Positions 18,578 to 27,761 of a DNA stretch of 64,000 nt are shown one piece after another (within the stretch, counting starts at the first letter, position 1; the number at the start of each line of letters is the position of its first letter). The DNA comes from an uncultured delta proteobacterium. Lineage in GTDB: Bacteria; Myxococcota_A; Polyangia; Polyangiales; Polyangiaceae. The stretch covers positions 256,001-320,000 of the forward strand of contig CAVQUB010000011.1 of NCBI GenBank assembly GCA_963716725.1. Reading direction: 5' to 3'. The notes under the pieces are model-generated. The model was not told the DNA's origin and did no database searches. It worked only from the letters and a program-made list of their open reading frames with translations. The position numbers were made by a program, and so were the translations under genes.

Positions 18578-20671
18578 ATGACGGCCCCGAGTTCCCGCGT
18601 CCGCGACTCCCTTGGAATTGCCGGTCTGACCATCGATGGCAAGTACCTGATCGAGCGCGCGGTGGGCGAGGGCGGCTTCGCCATCGTGTACCGGGCCGAG
18701 CACGTGATCTGGAAGCAGCCGGTCGCCATCAAGTTCTTCAGCGAGCTGTCCAGCGTTCACGTCGACCAACGCGACGAGATGCAAAGGGCGTTCATCGAGG
18801 AAGGTCGGCTGCTCACCCAGCTCTCGAGCCAGACCGCGGCGATCGTCCAGGCGCGTGACGTCGGGACCTACACCACGCCCGAAGGCCGCTGGATGCCCTT
18901 CATGGTGCTCGAGTGGCTCGAGGGCCGATCCCTCGAAGACCTGATCGTGACGGAGTCCACGGCGGGACGCTCGCGCTTCACCATGGGAGAGGTGTTGAGG
19001 CTGCTCGGCCCGGTCGCGGCAGCCCTCGACGTCGCCCACAGCCAGGGCATCGCGCACCGAGACGTCAAGCCGCCGAACATCTTCGTGTTGGGCGAAGAAC
19101 CCCGGCACGGCGTCGTCACCATCAAGGTGCTCGACTTCGGCGTGGCCAAGCTGATCACCGACAACACCCAGATGAAGGCCGCAATGGCCAAGACGGGGAC
19201 GAACGTCACGTCGTTCACCCCCCAGTACGGCGCCCCCGAGCAGTTCAGCCGAACCTACGGCGCCACCGGGCCGTGGACCGACGTGTTCGCCCTGGCCCTG
19301 GTGGCCGTCGAGATGCTCTCGGGTCGACCCGCGCTGGACGGGGACGACGTCGTCCAGCTGGCCTTCGCCGCAGGCAATCCCGAGACGCGGCCGACGCCGC
19401 GATCCTTCGGGATCGAGCTCGGCGACGCCGTCGAGCAGGTGCTGCGCAAGGCGCTGTCGGTACAGCCCGCCGCGCGCTACGCCCGCGCGGCCGAGTTCTG
19501 GGCTGCGTTCGAGCTGGCCGCGGGCGGCAGCCGGGCCACCGCCGCGGAGGCCCTCAACGCGACAATGGTGATGCCCGATTCACTGCGTTCGGCCATCACG
19601 CCCGTGCGACCCGCGGGGACCGAGGCCCCGCGTGCCGCGGTCACCGTCGACGCCGCGACCATGACGCCGCGGTCCGCCGCACCGAGCCGCAAAGGGCTGG
19701 CGCTTGCCATCGCTGGGATCTGCGCCGCGGCCATCGCCGCCGGTGCGTTCTTCGCGCTGAGGGGCTCGGGACCGAACTCAGATCCCGCCGGGCCTCCTTC
19801 CTCATCCGCCGCGTCGGCAGCCAGCGTCGCGGCCCCGCTGGGGAGCGCCGAGTCGGCAGCCCCCGCCGCCAAGTGTCCCGACGGCATGTTCACGATCCCT
19901 GCCGGACAGTTCTACATGGGCACCGACGACTCGGCAGCGGCGGACAACCAGAAGCCCGCTCACAACGTCACGCTCGACGCTTTCTGCATGGACGCGACCG
20001 AAGTCACCGTCGCCGCCTACCTCGAGTGCAGCCAGTCGGGCGCTTGCCGGCGTCTGAAGCCCGAAGTGGACTACGCCGGCATGAAGGCGGCCGAAGAGAA
20101 GGCCTTCATGCCGCTGTGCAACGTCGAGGCCAGCGACCGCGGCGATCATCCCATGAACTGCGTCTCGTGGCGGGACGCGGAGACTTACTGTCGCAAGACG
20201 GATAGGCGTTTGCCGACAGAGGCCGAGTGGGAGTACGCCACGCGCGGCCCCGACGGGCGTGTGTTCCCGTGGGGCGACGAGAAACCGACGGTGGCGCACC
20301 TCAACGCCTGCGACGCCGAGTGTCTGAAGTGGTCGAAGCGTGCCGACGTCGGCGTGCTGGTGCTCTTCGAGAAAGAGAGCGACGGCTACTCGGGCACCTC
20401 GCCGGTCGGGAAGTTCCCGGCGGGCAATTCGCGCTTCGGCCCACGCGACGTGGTCGGCAACGTGTGGGAGTGGGTCGCGGATTTCGAAGGCAACTACGCC
20501 GCAACCGAGGCCAAGAACCCCAGCGGCCCGGCTAGCGGCGAGAAGCGAGTGCTGCGCGGGGGCGCGTGGAACGGCGCCCGCGAAGAGTGGTTGCACCCGA
20601 GCTTCCGCTTCGCCGCCGAACCCGACCGCCGCCACCCGGCCATCGGTTTTCGCTGCGCCAAGGGCCTCTAG
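18578..20671 (+). CDS. Membrane Ser/Thr protein kinase fused to an FGE-sulfatase (SUMF1-like) domain
   Basis: GEGGFA, VAIK, HRDVKPPN, DFG and APE; one TM; RLPTEAEWEYA, GNVWEW, RGG and GFRC. Confidence 0.95.
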   Translation: MTAPSSRVRDSLGIAGLTIDGKYLIERAVGEGGFAIVYRAEHVIWKQPVAIKFFSELSSVHVDQRDEMQRAFIEEGRLLTQLSSQTAAIVQARDVGTYTTPEGRWMPFMVLEWLEGRSLEDLIVTESTAGRSRFTMGEVLRLLGPVAAALDVAHSQGIAHRDVKPPNIFVLGEEPRHGVVTIKVLDFGVAKLITDNTQMKAAMAKTGTNVTSFTPQYGAPEQFSRTYGATGPWTDVFALALVAVEMLSGRPALDGDDVVQLAFAAGNPETRPTPRSFGIELGDAVEQVLRKALSVQPAARYARAAEFWAAFELAAGGSRATAAEALNATMVMPDSLRSAITPVRPAGTEAPRAAVTVDAATMTPRSAAPSRKGLALAIAGICAAAIAAGAFFALRGSGPNSDPAGPPSSSAASAASVAAPLGSAESAAPAAKCPDGMFTIPAGQFYMGTDDSAAADNQKPAHNVTLDAFCMDATEVTVAAYLECSQSGACRRLKPEVDYAGMKAAEEKAFMPLCNVEASDRGDHPMNCVSWRDAETYCRKTDRRLPTEAEWEYATRGPDGRVFPWGDEKPTVAHLNACDAECLKWSKRADVGVLVLFEKESDGYSGTSPVGKFPAGNSRFGPRDVVGNVWEWVADFEGNYAATEAKNPSGPASGEKRVLRGGAWNGAREEWLHPSFRFAAEPDRRHPAIGFRCAKGL

Positions 20672-20717
20672 CTGGGGCTTGGGCCGAGCGCCTTCTGTCC
20701 TGTAGACTCCGCGGTTC

Positions 20718-23273
20718 ATGGGCCGAAGCCCCCTCGACCACCCGCGGCTATCCATCATCGATCGCAAGCTCGACGAAGGAGAGCTCGAGGAGGCACAGCA
20801 CCTGCTCGCGCAACTGGGCGACAACTACTTCTTTCGGCACGCCACGACGTACCTGGCGTCGCGCCTGCTGTACTTGCGCGGCACGCTGGACCAGGACGGC
20901 TTGGTCGAGCGTTTGGTCCGAGTCCTCAACGAGACGCACGAATTCCCCGAGGCCGAGGCGCTGCTCGCGCTCGCGCGGAGCGGAACGCTGGAGCGAACCT
21001 CGCACCCGCCGCGAAGCTCGCGCCCTCCCCCGGCGAAGATGACCAGTCAGCCTCCGGGCGCCGAGGTCGAGCTGGCGTTCTCGGGACGCGTCACCGCCGA
21101 AGATCGCAAGCACCTCGTGGCGCCCGAGTTTCCCCGCGCCGGACGCCTTCCGGATCTGGCGGTAGCTCGGGCATCGGATCCGATCCCTGATCTCGAAGTT
21201 CCCGGCTCGGTGCCGCCACCTCCACTCAGTGACGAGCAGCCGGCGCCGCGATCCGCACCGCGACCGGACCGGATGACGCCCGCAGCGCGACCGGACCGGA
21301 TGACGCCCGCAGCCCAACCGGACCGGGTGACGCCCGCAGCGCGACCAGACCGGATGACGCCGGCACACCGACCCAACGACCTGACGCTGGAGCTGCACGA
21401 ACGCAAGGTCCACTCCAAGCGGTCGCAGCCGAACCCCGACGCGAGATATTCGTCACCGACCGGTCTCGAAGAACGCATCCAGCTCACCCGTAAGCCGCAG
21501 GCGAACTCACCTGCGTTCGCGCGACCCGACGCCCGATGCCACACGGAACCGTTGGTCGGCAGCGGAGGGCCGGCGAAGGTCGAGGCCCGCGCCAGTCTGT
21601 TCGAAATCGCCACGTTGCTCGACGCGGGACGAGCCGACGCAGCCCTCGAGGCTTTGTCGGGCCGCTCGGACGCCGACGAGCCGGACCACGCGCTGCTCAG
21701 AGCCCGAGCGCTGGCGCGTCAGGGGCAGACGTTGGAAGCGCTCGCGCTGGCGCGGCGCCTCGGACACGCTCCACTACTGGACCCGACGGTGCGAGCCGGG
21801 GTCGCGCGCCTGGCCATCGAGCTCGACGAGATCGAGCTGGGCCTGGAGCAAGCAGTGCTCGCCCACGAGGATGATCCGACTCAGCCCACCATCAGCCTGA
21901 CCTACGCCTGGGCCGCGCTGAGACGCGCCCGACGAACCGCTGATCCGGAGCTGGTCGCGCGCGCCTCGATGGCCCTGCGCGAGCTGGTCGGAGACGGGGG
22001 TCCCCACGAGGGGCTCCTGCTGGCTCTGCGCGCCTGCGCCGAAGCCCACGCCGGCGATCCGACGCGCGCCCTGAGCTTGGCCGAGCGATCCATCGAGAGC
22101 GAGCCGAGCGCCGACGGACACGCGGCGCTGGCCATGGCTGCCGCGCGCCTCGGCCGACCCAACGACGTGAAGCGAGCGACCGGATGGTTGAAGGCCAATT
22201 GCCCCAAAGAAGCGGCGGCGCTGCAGAAGAGCCTCGACGCTTACGGCGAGCGCTTGTTCGATCTGAGTTCAGCGCCTCATTCGATCCACGCACCGGCGAT
22301 CAACGCCGATCTCGAGGCGTCGATCCTGTGGGGACCGCTCGAACTCGCGGTGTGCGATGGAGACTGGCATCGAGTCTGGGAGACCTTCGCGCAGCTAGCG
22401 GCTGACACCTTCGAACAGATCTCCACGGCGGCCCGCCACGAACCTCCAGCGCTGGCGGCGGTGGCAGCGAGCTTCCTGACCGTCGCGCCGGTCTCCCGCG
22501 ACCTGGCCCCCTATGACCAAACCCCGTGGAGCCTCCGACGCGTCGCGGACCTGCTCGCGCTCTTGGCGCGGGGCGCGTCCGGCGTGCGAGCCACACACCC
22601 GCTGGCGCTCCTGCTGGGCGCCTACGTGGGCGAGACGCTGCGCATGAGCGTGGACGGCCATTGGCAGGGACCGACGAGTGACCCGGTCTCGAGGGAAATC
22701 ATGGGCTCGACTGGGGTCTGGCGTCCCTGCTCGCTGGTCGCCGAGTCGCTCGCGGGCAAGAGCGATCTCGCCGCGGCCGCCGCCGTGGCCGAGCTCGAGG
22801 GCAACCTGCACTCGCTGGCGGCTCATCTGCCCGCGGTGACGCCTATCTGCCCCTGGGATCCGGCGCAATGGCCCGCGCCATCCCGGTTGCCCCACTACGC
22901 GAAGGCCCTGGAGCAATCGGTGATCTCGGTCCTCTGTGCCGGGCGATCGGGGCACCGCCTCGACGGCTCTGTCGCCAGCCTGCTCGCCATCGACGAGCAC
23001 CTCGAGCGAATCTGCCCACGAGCGGCCCCTCCCCAGCCCGACGCGCGATGGTCCCGCCGCGCGACCGTGCTCATCGGTGCCTATCTGGGCGAGACGCTGC
23101 GCCGCGAGACCCCCGGCGAGTGGTCCCGACGCGACGGCCTGGATCTCGGCCCGTCGAGCTACCGGCTCGTGCTGTCGACGGGCCGCGAACTGCGACCCGT
23201 CGAGCACGTCTTCGAACGCCTGAACGCCGGCGCGGATCCGCTTCACGAGTACGCGCTGCGTTCGCTCGGCTGA
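20718..23273 (+). CDS. Hypothetical protein: helical/TPR-like region plus duplicated C-terminal GAYxGExLR domain (DUF3806-like)
   Basis: 851-aa ORF with coding-like codon use; LLGAYVGETLR and LIGAYLGETLR; Pro-rich linker with tandem repeats. Confidence 0.65.
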   Translation: MGRSPLDHPRLSIIDRKLDEGELEEAQHLLAQLGDNYFFRHATTYLASRLLYLRGTLDQDGLVERLVRVLNETHEFPEAEALLALARSGTLERTSHPPRSSRPPPAKMTSQPPGAEVELAFSGRVTAEDRKHLVAPEFPRAGRLPDLAVARASDPIPDLEVPGSVPPPPLSDEQPAPRSAPRPDRMTPAARPDRMTPAAQPDRVTPAARPDRMTPAHRPNDLTLELHERKVHSKRSQPNPDARYSSPTGLEERIQLTRKPQANSPAFARPDARCHTEPLVGSGGPAKVEARASLFEIATLLDAGRADAALEALSGRSDADEPDHALLRARALARQGQTLEALALARRLGHAPLLDPTVRAGVARLAIELDEIELGLEQAVLAHEDDPTQPTISLTYAWAALRRARRTADPELVARASMALRELVGDGGPHEGLLLALRACAEAHAGDPTRALSLAERSIESEPSADGHAALAMAAARLGRPNDVKRATGWLKANCPKEAAALQKSLDAYGERLFDLSSAPHSIHAPAINADLEASILWGPLELAVCDGDWHRVWETFAQLAADTFEQISTAARHEPPALAAVAASFLTVAPVSRDLAPYDQTPWSLRRVADLLALLARGASGVRATHPLALLLGAYVGETLRMSVDGHWQGPTSDPVSREIMGSTGVWRPCSLVAESLAGKSDLAAAAAVAELEGNLHSLAAHLPAVTPICPWDPAQWPAPSRLPHYAKALEQSVISVLCAGRSGHRLDGSVASLLAIDEHLERICPRAAPPQPDARWSRRATVLIGAYLGETLRRETPGEWSRRDGLDLGPSSYRLVLSTGRELRPVEHVFERLNAGADPLHEYALRSLG
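21261..21374. repeat. 4 x 27-bp tandem repeat encoding RPDRMTPAA
   Basis: Unit CGACCGGACCGGATGACGCCCGCAGCG with a few substitutions. Confidence 0.9.
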
Positions 23274-23280
23274 CCCCACA

Positions 23281-23421
23281 CTACGTCTGGCAACAACTCC
23301 GGCACGCACCCGGATGGCAGTACTGGTTCTTGCAGCACGAAAACCCCGAACCACAGGTGGTGTTTCCGCACTTCGCGGTACCGGCATCGACGGTGATGCC
23401 AGCGTCAGGCTGCTGGCACCA
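23281..23421 (-). pseudogene. Cys-rich peptide reading frame with no in-frame start (gene remnant or unannotated microprotein)
   Basis: Translates WCQQPDAGITVDAGTAKCGNTTCGSGFSCCKNQYCHPGACRSCCQT*. Confidence 0.55.
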
Positions 23422-23434
23422 CCGAGAGACAGCA

Positions 23435-25057
23435 TCACGGATGGATGTGAACCAGCGTGCCTTGCCGGAGACTCATGGCGCCGTGCCAGCCGCGAGGCAC
23501 GGGCGGATCGGTCCAGTGGAACAACCAGCGCGCATCACCGGGTGAGAGGTTCACGCACCCGTGGCTCTTCGGTCGCCCGAAGGAGTCGTGCCAGTAGGCC
23601 GCGTGGAAAGCGTACCCTTCCTGGAAGTACTGCACGTAGGGCACGTCGCGAAGATCGAACTGGTCGCCGATCTCGTCGCCGCTCATGGTCGCCGTCACGT
23701 GTTTCGTATGGATTAGAAACTGCCCGCGGGGAGTCGAGTGCGTCTCCTTCGGATCGCCGAGGCCATCCGCTCCCGTGGACACCAAGGTCACGTAGGCCGG
23801 CTTCTGCCCCTCGTAGGCCACCAGGGTCTGCCTCAAGATCGACACATCGACCCAGGTGCGCCCATCGGTTGCCCACCCCGGTCGTTGGCGCATGGGCTCG
23901 ACGCGGACGAGTGACTCCTCTTTGAGCCAGTCCCCGCCGGTGGTCTGAGCGTAGCCGACTCCATTGCGACGAACGCGGATCGCCGTGACCGGCAAGACTT
24001 CTCGAAAGGCCAGCGGTCGCAGCGACGCGAGGCCGGTCGTCCGCGGATCCCCCGAATAGAGGTGCGCCCCTTTGGACATTACGAACACCACCGGCAGCGT
24101 GGTTTCGGCGTCCAGCGACAGCCCGCGGAACGCGCTCGGAGCGACGCGACGCATGCGGTCGAGGGGGATCACGTCGAGATCCACGCTGAGCCCGAACCTG
24201 CGCCCCTCGTGCTCGAAGAAGTCCAAGAACGCGAACCCGCTCTTGGGCACGGCGCGGCCGATATACAGGCTGCCCGGCGAGTGCCGTACGCCGTTCCAGT
24301 TCATCACCTGACGACCCTCGCCGATCATCTCCGGGATGGCCTCGAAGGGAACGTCGTCCCAGGCCGGATCGGGCGTCTTGCGAGCGTGGTGAACCAGGTC
24401 CTGCTCGACGCGCCGCTGCTCGGCAGGGCTGGGCACCTTGGTGTACAGCGGCGGCGACGGAAATGCGGACATGCCGTAGGCGTAGGGCATGGAGTTCTGG
24501 CGATCCGGACGCCGGCGCGATGCCGTAACCAACGGATGCGTGACGTCCAAGGTCGCGTTCTTTCCCACGCAGACGAAGCCCTGCGGCGCGATGCGATACC
24601 AGCCACCGGCGCAGCCGACGTTGCCTACCGGCTCCGGAGAACGCTGAACCACGCCGCCACCCCGGAGGTATCCGATCTTCTTCGCGCGCCAGCTCGGGGA
24701 CGCGTAGACGAAGGTCTCCTTGGCGGTCGCGGCCAGCGCAAGCTCGGAGTCAACGGACGTTTCGGAGTCCGCTATCGGGGCGTCCCCGGGACCCTCCGCC
24801 TCCGAACCACCCGCGAGCACGTCGCCGGTCTGATAGCTCGCCGGCTCCGTCTCCGGCTGGGTCGGCTCCTCGACGATCGGCGCTGGCTCGGCTCGAACGC
24901 GGGCCGCAGCGTCTTGCACCAAAACCCGCGCGTGGGCCGATGGCCGGCGTAGGCGGCGCGGCGGTCCGAGCTCGTCCCCCACGAGGCAGCTCGCGAACGA
25001 CAGCCCGAGCAGGGCCAGCGCGAGCGTGGCGAAGCGGCGGCCAAAACCCATGATCAC
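23435..25057 (-). CDS. L,D-transpeptidase (YkuD) family protein
   Basis: VSTG...TPRG; DVPYVQYF; HAAYWH...SHGCVNL catalytic motif; N-terminal signal. Confidence 0.93.
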   Translation of the reverse strand: MIMGFGRRFATLALALLGLSFASCLVGDELGPPRRLRRPSAHARVLVQDAAARVRAEPAPIVEEPTQPETEPASYQTGDVLAGGSEAEGPGDAPIADSETSVDSELALAATAKETFVYASPSWRAKKIGYLRGGGVVQRSPEPVGNVGCAGGWYRIAPQGFVCVGKNATLDVTHPLVTASRRRPDRQNSMPYAYGMSAFPSPPLYTKVPSPAEQRRVEQDLVHHARKTPDPAWDDVPFEAIPEMIGEGRQVMNWNGVRHSPGSLYIGRAVPKSGFAFLDFFEHEGRRFGLSVDLDVIPLDRMRRVAPSAFRGLSLDAETTLPVVFVMSKGAHLYSGDPRTTGLASLRPLAFREVLPVTAIRVRRNGVGYAQTTGGDWLKEESLVRVEPMRQRPGWATDGRTWVDVSILRQTLVAYEGQKPAYVTLVSTGADGLGDPKETHSTPRGQFLIHTKHVTATMSGDEIGDQFDLRDVPYVQYFQEGYAFHAAYWHDSFGRPKSHGCVNLSPGDARWLFHWTDPPVPRGWHGAMSLRQGTLVHIHP

Positions 25058-25143
25058 CCCCCGTCGCTAGCGTCCCCGACGGCAATTGGCCCACTTTCCG
25101 GCGGGGGCTCCCCTCGCCCGGATGCCGTGATAAACCGCCGCGC

Positions 25144-26328
25144 ATGGCCACCGACCCGATGCCCCTGGATGTCCTCAGCGCCCTCGACGCCCACCTCAGC
25201 GAGGACGAGATCATGGTGCGCGACGCCGTACGCCGCTTCGTGCGCGAGCGGTACCTGCCGCGCGCGGCGCAGCTCTTCGAGGACGAGCAGTTCCCCATGG
25301 ACCTGATCCCCGAGATCGCGGAGATGGGCCTGCTCGGGGCGGGCCTGGAGGGCTACGGCTGCGCCGGCATGAGCCCCGTCCAGTACGGCCTCATCTTGCA
25401 GGAGCTCGAGTACGGCGACAGCGGTCTGCGCAGCTTCGCCAGTGTGCAGGGCTCCCTCGCGATGTACTCGATCTGGGCCTACGGCAACGAGGCGCAGAAA
25501 CAGAAGTACTTACCGAAGATGGCCAAGGGCGAGTTGATCGGCTGCTTCGGCTTGACCGAGCCGGACAGCGGCTCGGATCCGGGATCGATGACCACCCGCG
25601 CGCGACGCGACGGCACTGGCTGGGTGATCAGCGGCACCAAGATGTGGATCACCAACTCGCCGCTGTCGCACCTCGCGGTGGTGTGGGCCAAGGTGGACGA
25701 CGGCGGCGCCGAGTCGATCCGGGGATTCATCGTGGAGCGCGGCACCAAGGGCTTCGAGACGCCGACCATCCACGGCAAGATGAGCCTTCGCGCCAGCTCC
25801 ACCGGCGAGATCGTGCTCGACGAGTGCCGCGTCGCCGAAGACGCGATGCTACCGAACGGCGTATCGCTCAAGGCCCCGCTCGGCTGCCTCACCCAGGCGC
25901 GCTTCGGCATCGCCTGGGGCGCCCTCGGCGCCGCCAAGGCCTGCTTCGACTCGACGGTGGACTACGCGCGCAACCGCGTGCAGTTCGGCGTTCCGATCGC
26001 CTCGAAGCAGCTCATCCAAGAGCAGTTCGCCGAGATGGGCAGCGAGATCGTCAAAGGCGACATCATGGCCCTGCACTTCGGCCGCATGAAGCAGAAGCAC
26101 GGCAAGATCCGCCCTGAGCAGGTCTCGCTCTGCAAGCGCAACAACGTGCGCGTGGCCCTCCAGGTCGCCCGCGCCTGCCGCGGCATCCTGGGCGGCAACG
26201 GCATCCTGCTCGAGTACCCCGCCATCCGCCACATGCTCAACCTCGAGAGCGTCTACACCTACGAAGGCACGCACGAGATCCACACCTTGGTCCTGGGCAA
26301 GGCGTTCACGGGCATCAACGCGTTCTGA
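25144..26328 (+). CDS. gcdH: Acyl-CoA dehydrogenase, glutaryl-CoA dehydrogenase-like
   Basis: CFGLTEPDSGSDP; KMWITN; SLRASSTG; GGNGI; YTYEGTHEIH. Confidence 0.85.
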   Translation: MATDPMPLDVLSALDAHLSEDEIMVRDAVRRFVRERYLPRAAQLFEDEQFPMDLIPEIAEMGLLGAGLEGYGCAGMSPVQYGLILQELEYGDSGLRSFASVQGSLAMYSIWAYGNEAQKQKYLPKMAKGELIGCFGLTEPDSGSDPGSMTTRARRDGTGWVISGTKMWITNSPLSHLAVVWAKVDDGGAESIRGFIVERGTKGFETPTIHGKMSLRASSTGEIVLDECRVAEDAMLPNGVSLKAPLGCLTQARFGIAWGALGAAKACFDSTVDYARNRVQFGVPIASKQLIQEQFAEMGSEIVKGDIMALHFGRMKQKHGKIRPEQVSLCKRNNVRVALQVARACRGILGGNGILLEYPAIRHMLNLESVYTYEGTHEIHTLVLGKAFTGINAF

Positions 26329-26349
26329 CGCGAGGCGCTGGACCGAGAG

Positions 26350-26385
26350 ACGCGAAGCACGCGGAGCACGCGGAGCACGCGGGGA
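26350..26385. repeat. Intergenic 9-bp tandem repeat (ACGCGGAGC)x~4
   Basis: ACGCGAAGC ACGCGGAGC ACGCGGAGC ACGCGGGGA. Confidence 0.8.
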
Positions 26386-26490
26386 GAATTTTCGGGTTCG
26401 GAGGTGAGCTGCGACGCGAGCTCGAGTCCGACGGCGCGGGTTCAGCGCGAGACGGTCGAGCTGTCACAGGACCCGCCTGGCCCACGGCGC

Positions 26491-27003
26491 CTACTTGGGC
26501 GCAACGAGGTTGCTGCATACCCGCGACGCGTACTCGGCACTCTTCCTGTGGATCGTGATGATGCGGCAGCTGAGCCAGGCCTTCGGTGCGCAAGGAATGC
26601 TGCGATCGACGAAGTAGTACTTCCTTCCCTGCCTGTCGAAGTCTCCTTCGAGCGCGTAGCCGTCGTCGGGGAGTTTCTCGTCGACAGTGAATCGAAGGTT
26701 CTCGGCGGAGGGCTCGATCGACTTGTCGTAGATGCTCACGATCCCGTTCACGACGAGCACGCTGGGATCGGTCATCGCACGGCCTCCCTTCACCTTGACG
26801 GTGAAGCCTCCCTTGCTCGCGTCCACCACCTCCGAATCGCTCGGAATGGTGACGGGGCACTGCGCGAACGGAACGGAGATCGGCGCCGACAGCGCCTGCG
26901 TCGAGGCGGAACGCTCGGTGGTGGCGGTCGGCGCGCCATCGGCCTTGCTACAGGCCATGGGGGCGGAGGCCACGAGCACGATCAGGGCTGCGCGAACAAC
27001 CAT
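26491..27003 (-). CDS. Hypothetical lipoprotein
   Basis: Start ATG 27003, MVVRAALIVLVASAPMAC; coding-like composition. Confidence 0.6.
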   Translation of the reverse strand: MVVRAALIVLVASAPMACSKADGAPTATTERSASTQALSAPISVPFAQCPVTIPSDSEVVDASKGGFTVKVKGGRAMTDPSVLVVNGIVSIYDKSIEPSAENLRFTVDEKLPDDGYALEGDFDRQGRKYYFVDRSIPCAPKAWLSCRIITIHRKSAEYASRVCSNLVAPK

Positions 27004-27095
27004 CGCACCGCGGTAGCTGGCTGCCACCTGCCCGTCAAACACGGCGCGGGAGCATGGCCCCGAAACGGGGAAGTTGGCTCCGACGCTGGGCGCGC

Positions 27096-27542
27096 TCACT
27101 TCTTCTCCGCGATCTCGCAGGAGACGATCCAATTCGCGGTGCGCAGGGTGCCCTTGAACGTCACCTTGGTCTTGGCCTTGATCTGGGTCGGCTCCTTCAG
27201 CATGCACTGGATGGAGTTGGTCTTGTTTTCGTCGTCGGCAACGTAGGCGTTGTGCTGCTTCTCGCCGTTGAGCGTGACAGATTCGAAGTGGTACATGACG
27301 CCCTCGCCGGCCACTTGCTTGCCCATCAGCGCGCTGAAGCTCTGCTTGATCGCTCCGGGCGTCAGGTCGGTGGTCTTGACCTCCGGCTTGGCGGTCGCCG
27401 TCGCAGCGGGGGGCGCCTCCGCAGCCGCGCGAACCGTGGCGGATGTTGCCGAGGAGGACGAGGTGGCGTCCAGCTTACTGCAGCCAAAGACGCAGAGAAT
27501 GCACGCCGCCGAAATGGAAACCAGAGTTTGTCGATGGATCAT
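27096..27542 (-). CDS. Lipoprotein with possible OB-fold
   Basis: Start ATG 27542; lipobox VFGC; GKQVAGEG...IQC...KVTFKGT...C pattern like OB-fold lipoproteins. Confidence 0.6.
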   Translation of the reverse strand: MIHRQTLVSISAACILCVFGCSKLDATSSSSATSATVRAAAEAPPAATATAKPEVKTTDLTPGAIKQSFSALMGKQVAGEGVMYHFESVTLNGEKQHNAYVADDENKTNSIQCMLKEPTQIKAKTKVTFKGTLRTANWIVSCEIAEKK

Positions 27543-27761
27543 GGGTGCGTGATACGACGCACGACACGAGTTCTTCCCCGGCAGCAAGGGCCCGCTCCGG
27601 TTCCTCGGCGGCAGCGTCGTGTGGCCGCCCGAGGTCGGCCTGCGCCGGCAGGGATTGCAGGCCCGCGGCTGCACCGCGTGAGCGCCTGCACACCGGCGTG
27701 GACGCCCTGGCACGGGTCGCGTGCAATGCCGTCTTGCCGTCGCAGCCATGGATCCCCAACG

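Noticed and set aside
27708..27726. TGGCACG...TGCA as a sigma54 promoter
   Set aside because: The GG-to-GC spacing is 12 nt rather than the required 10
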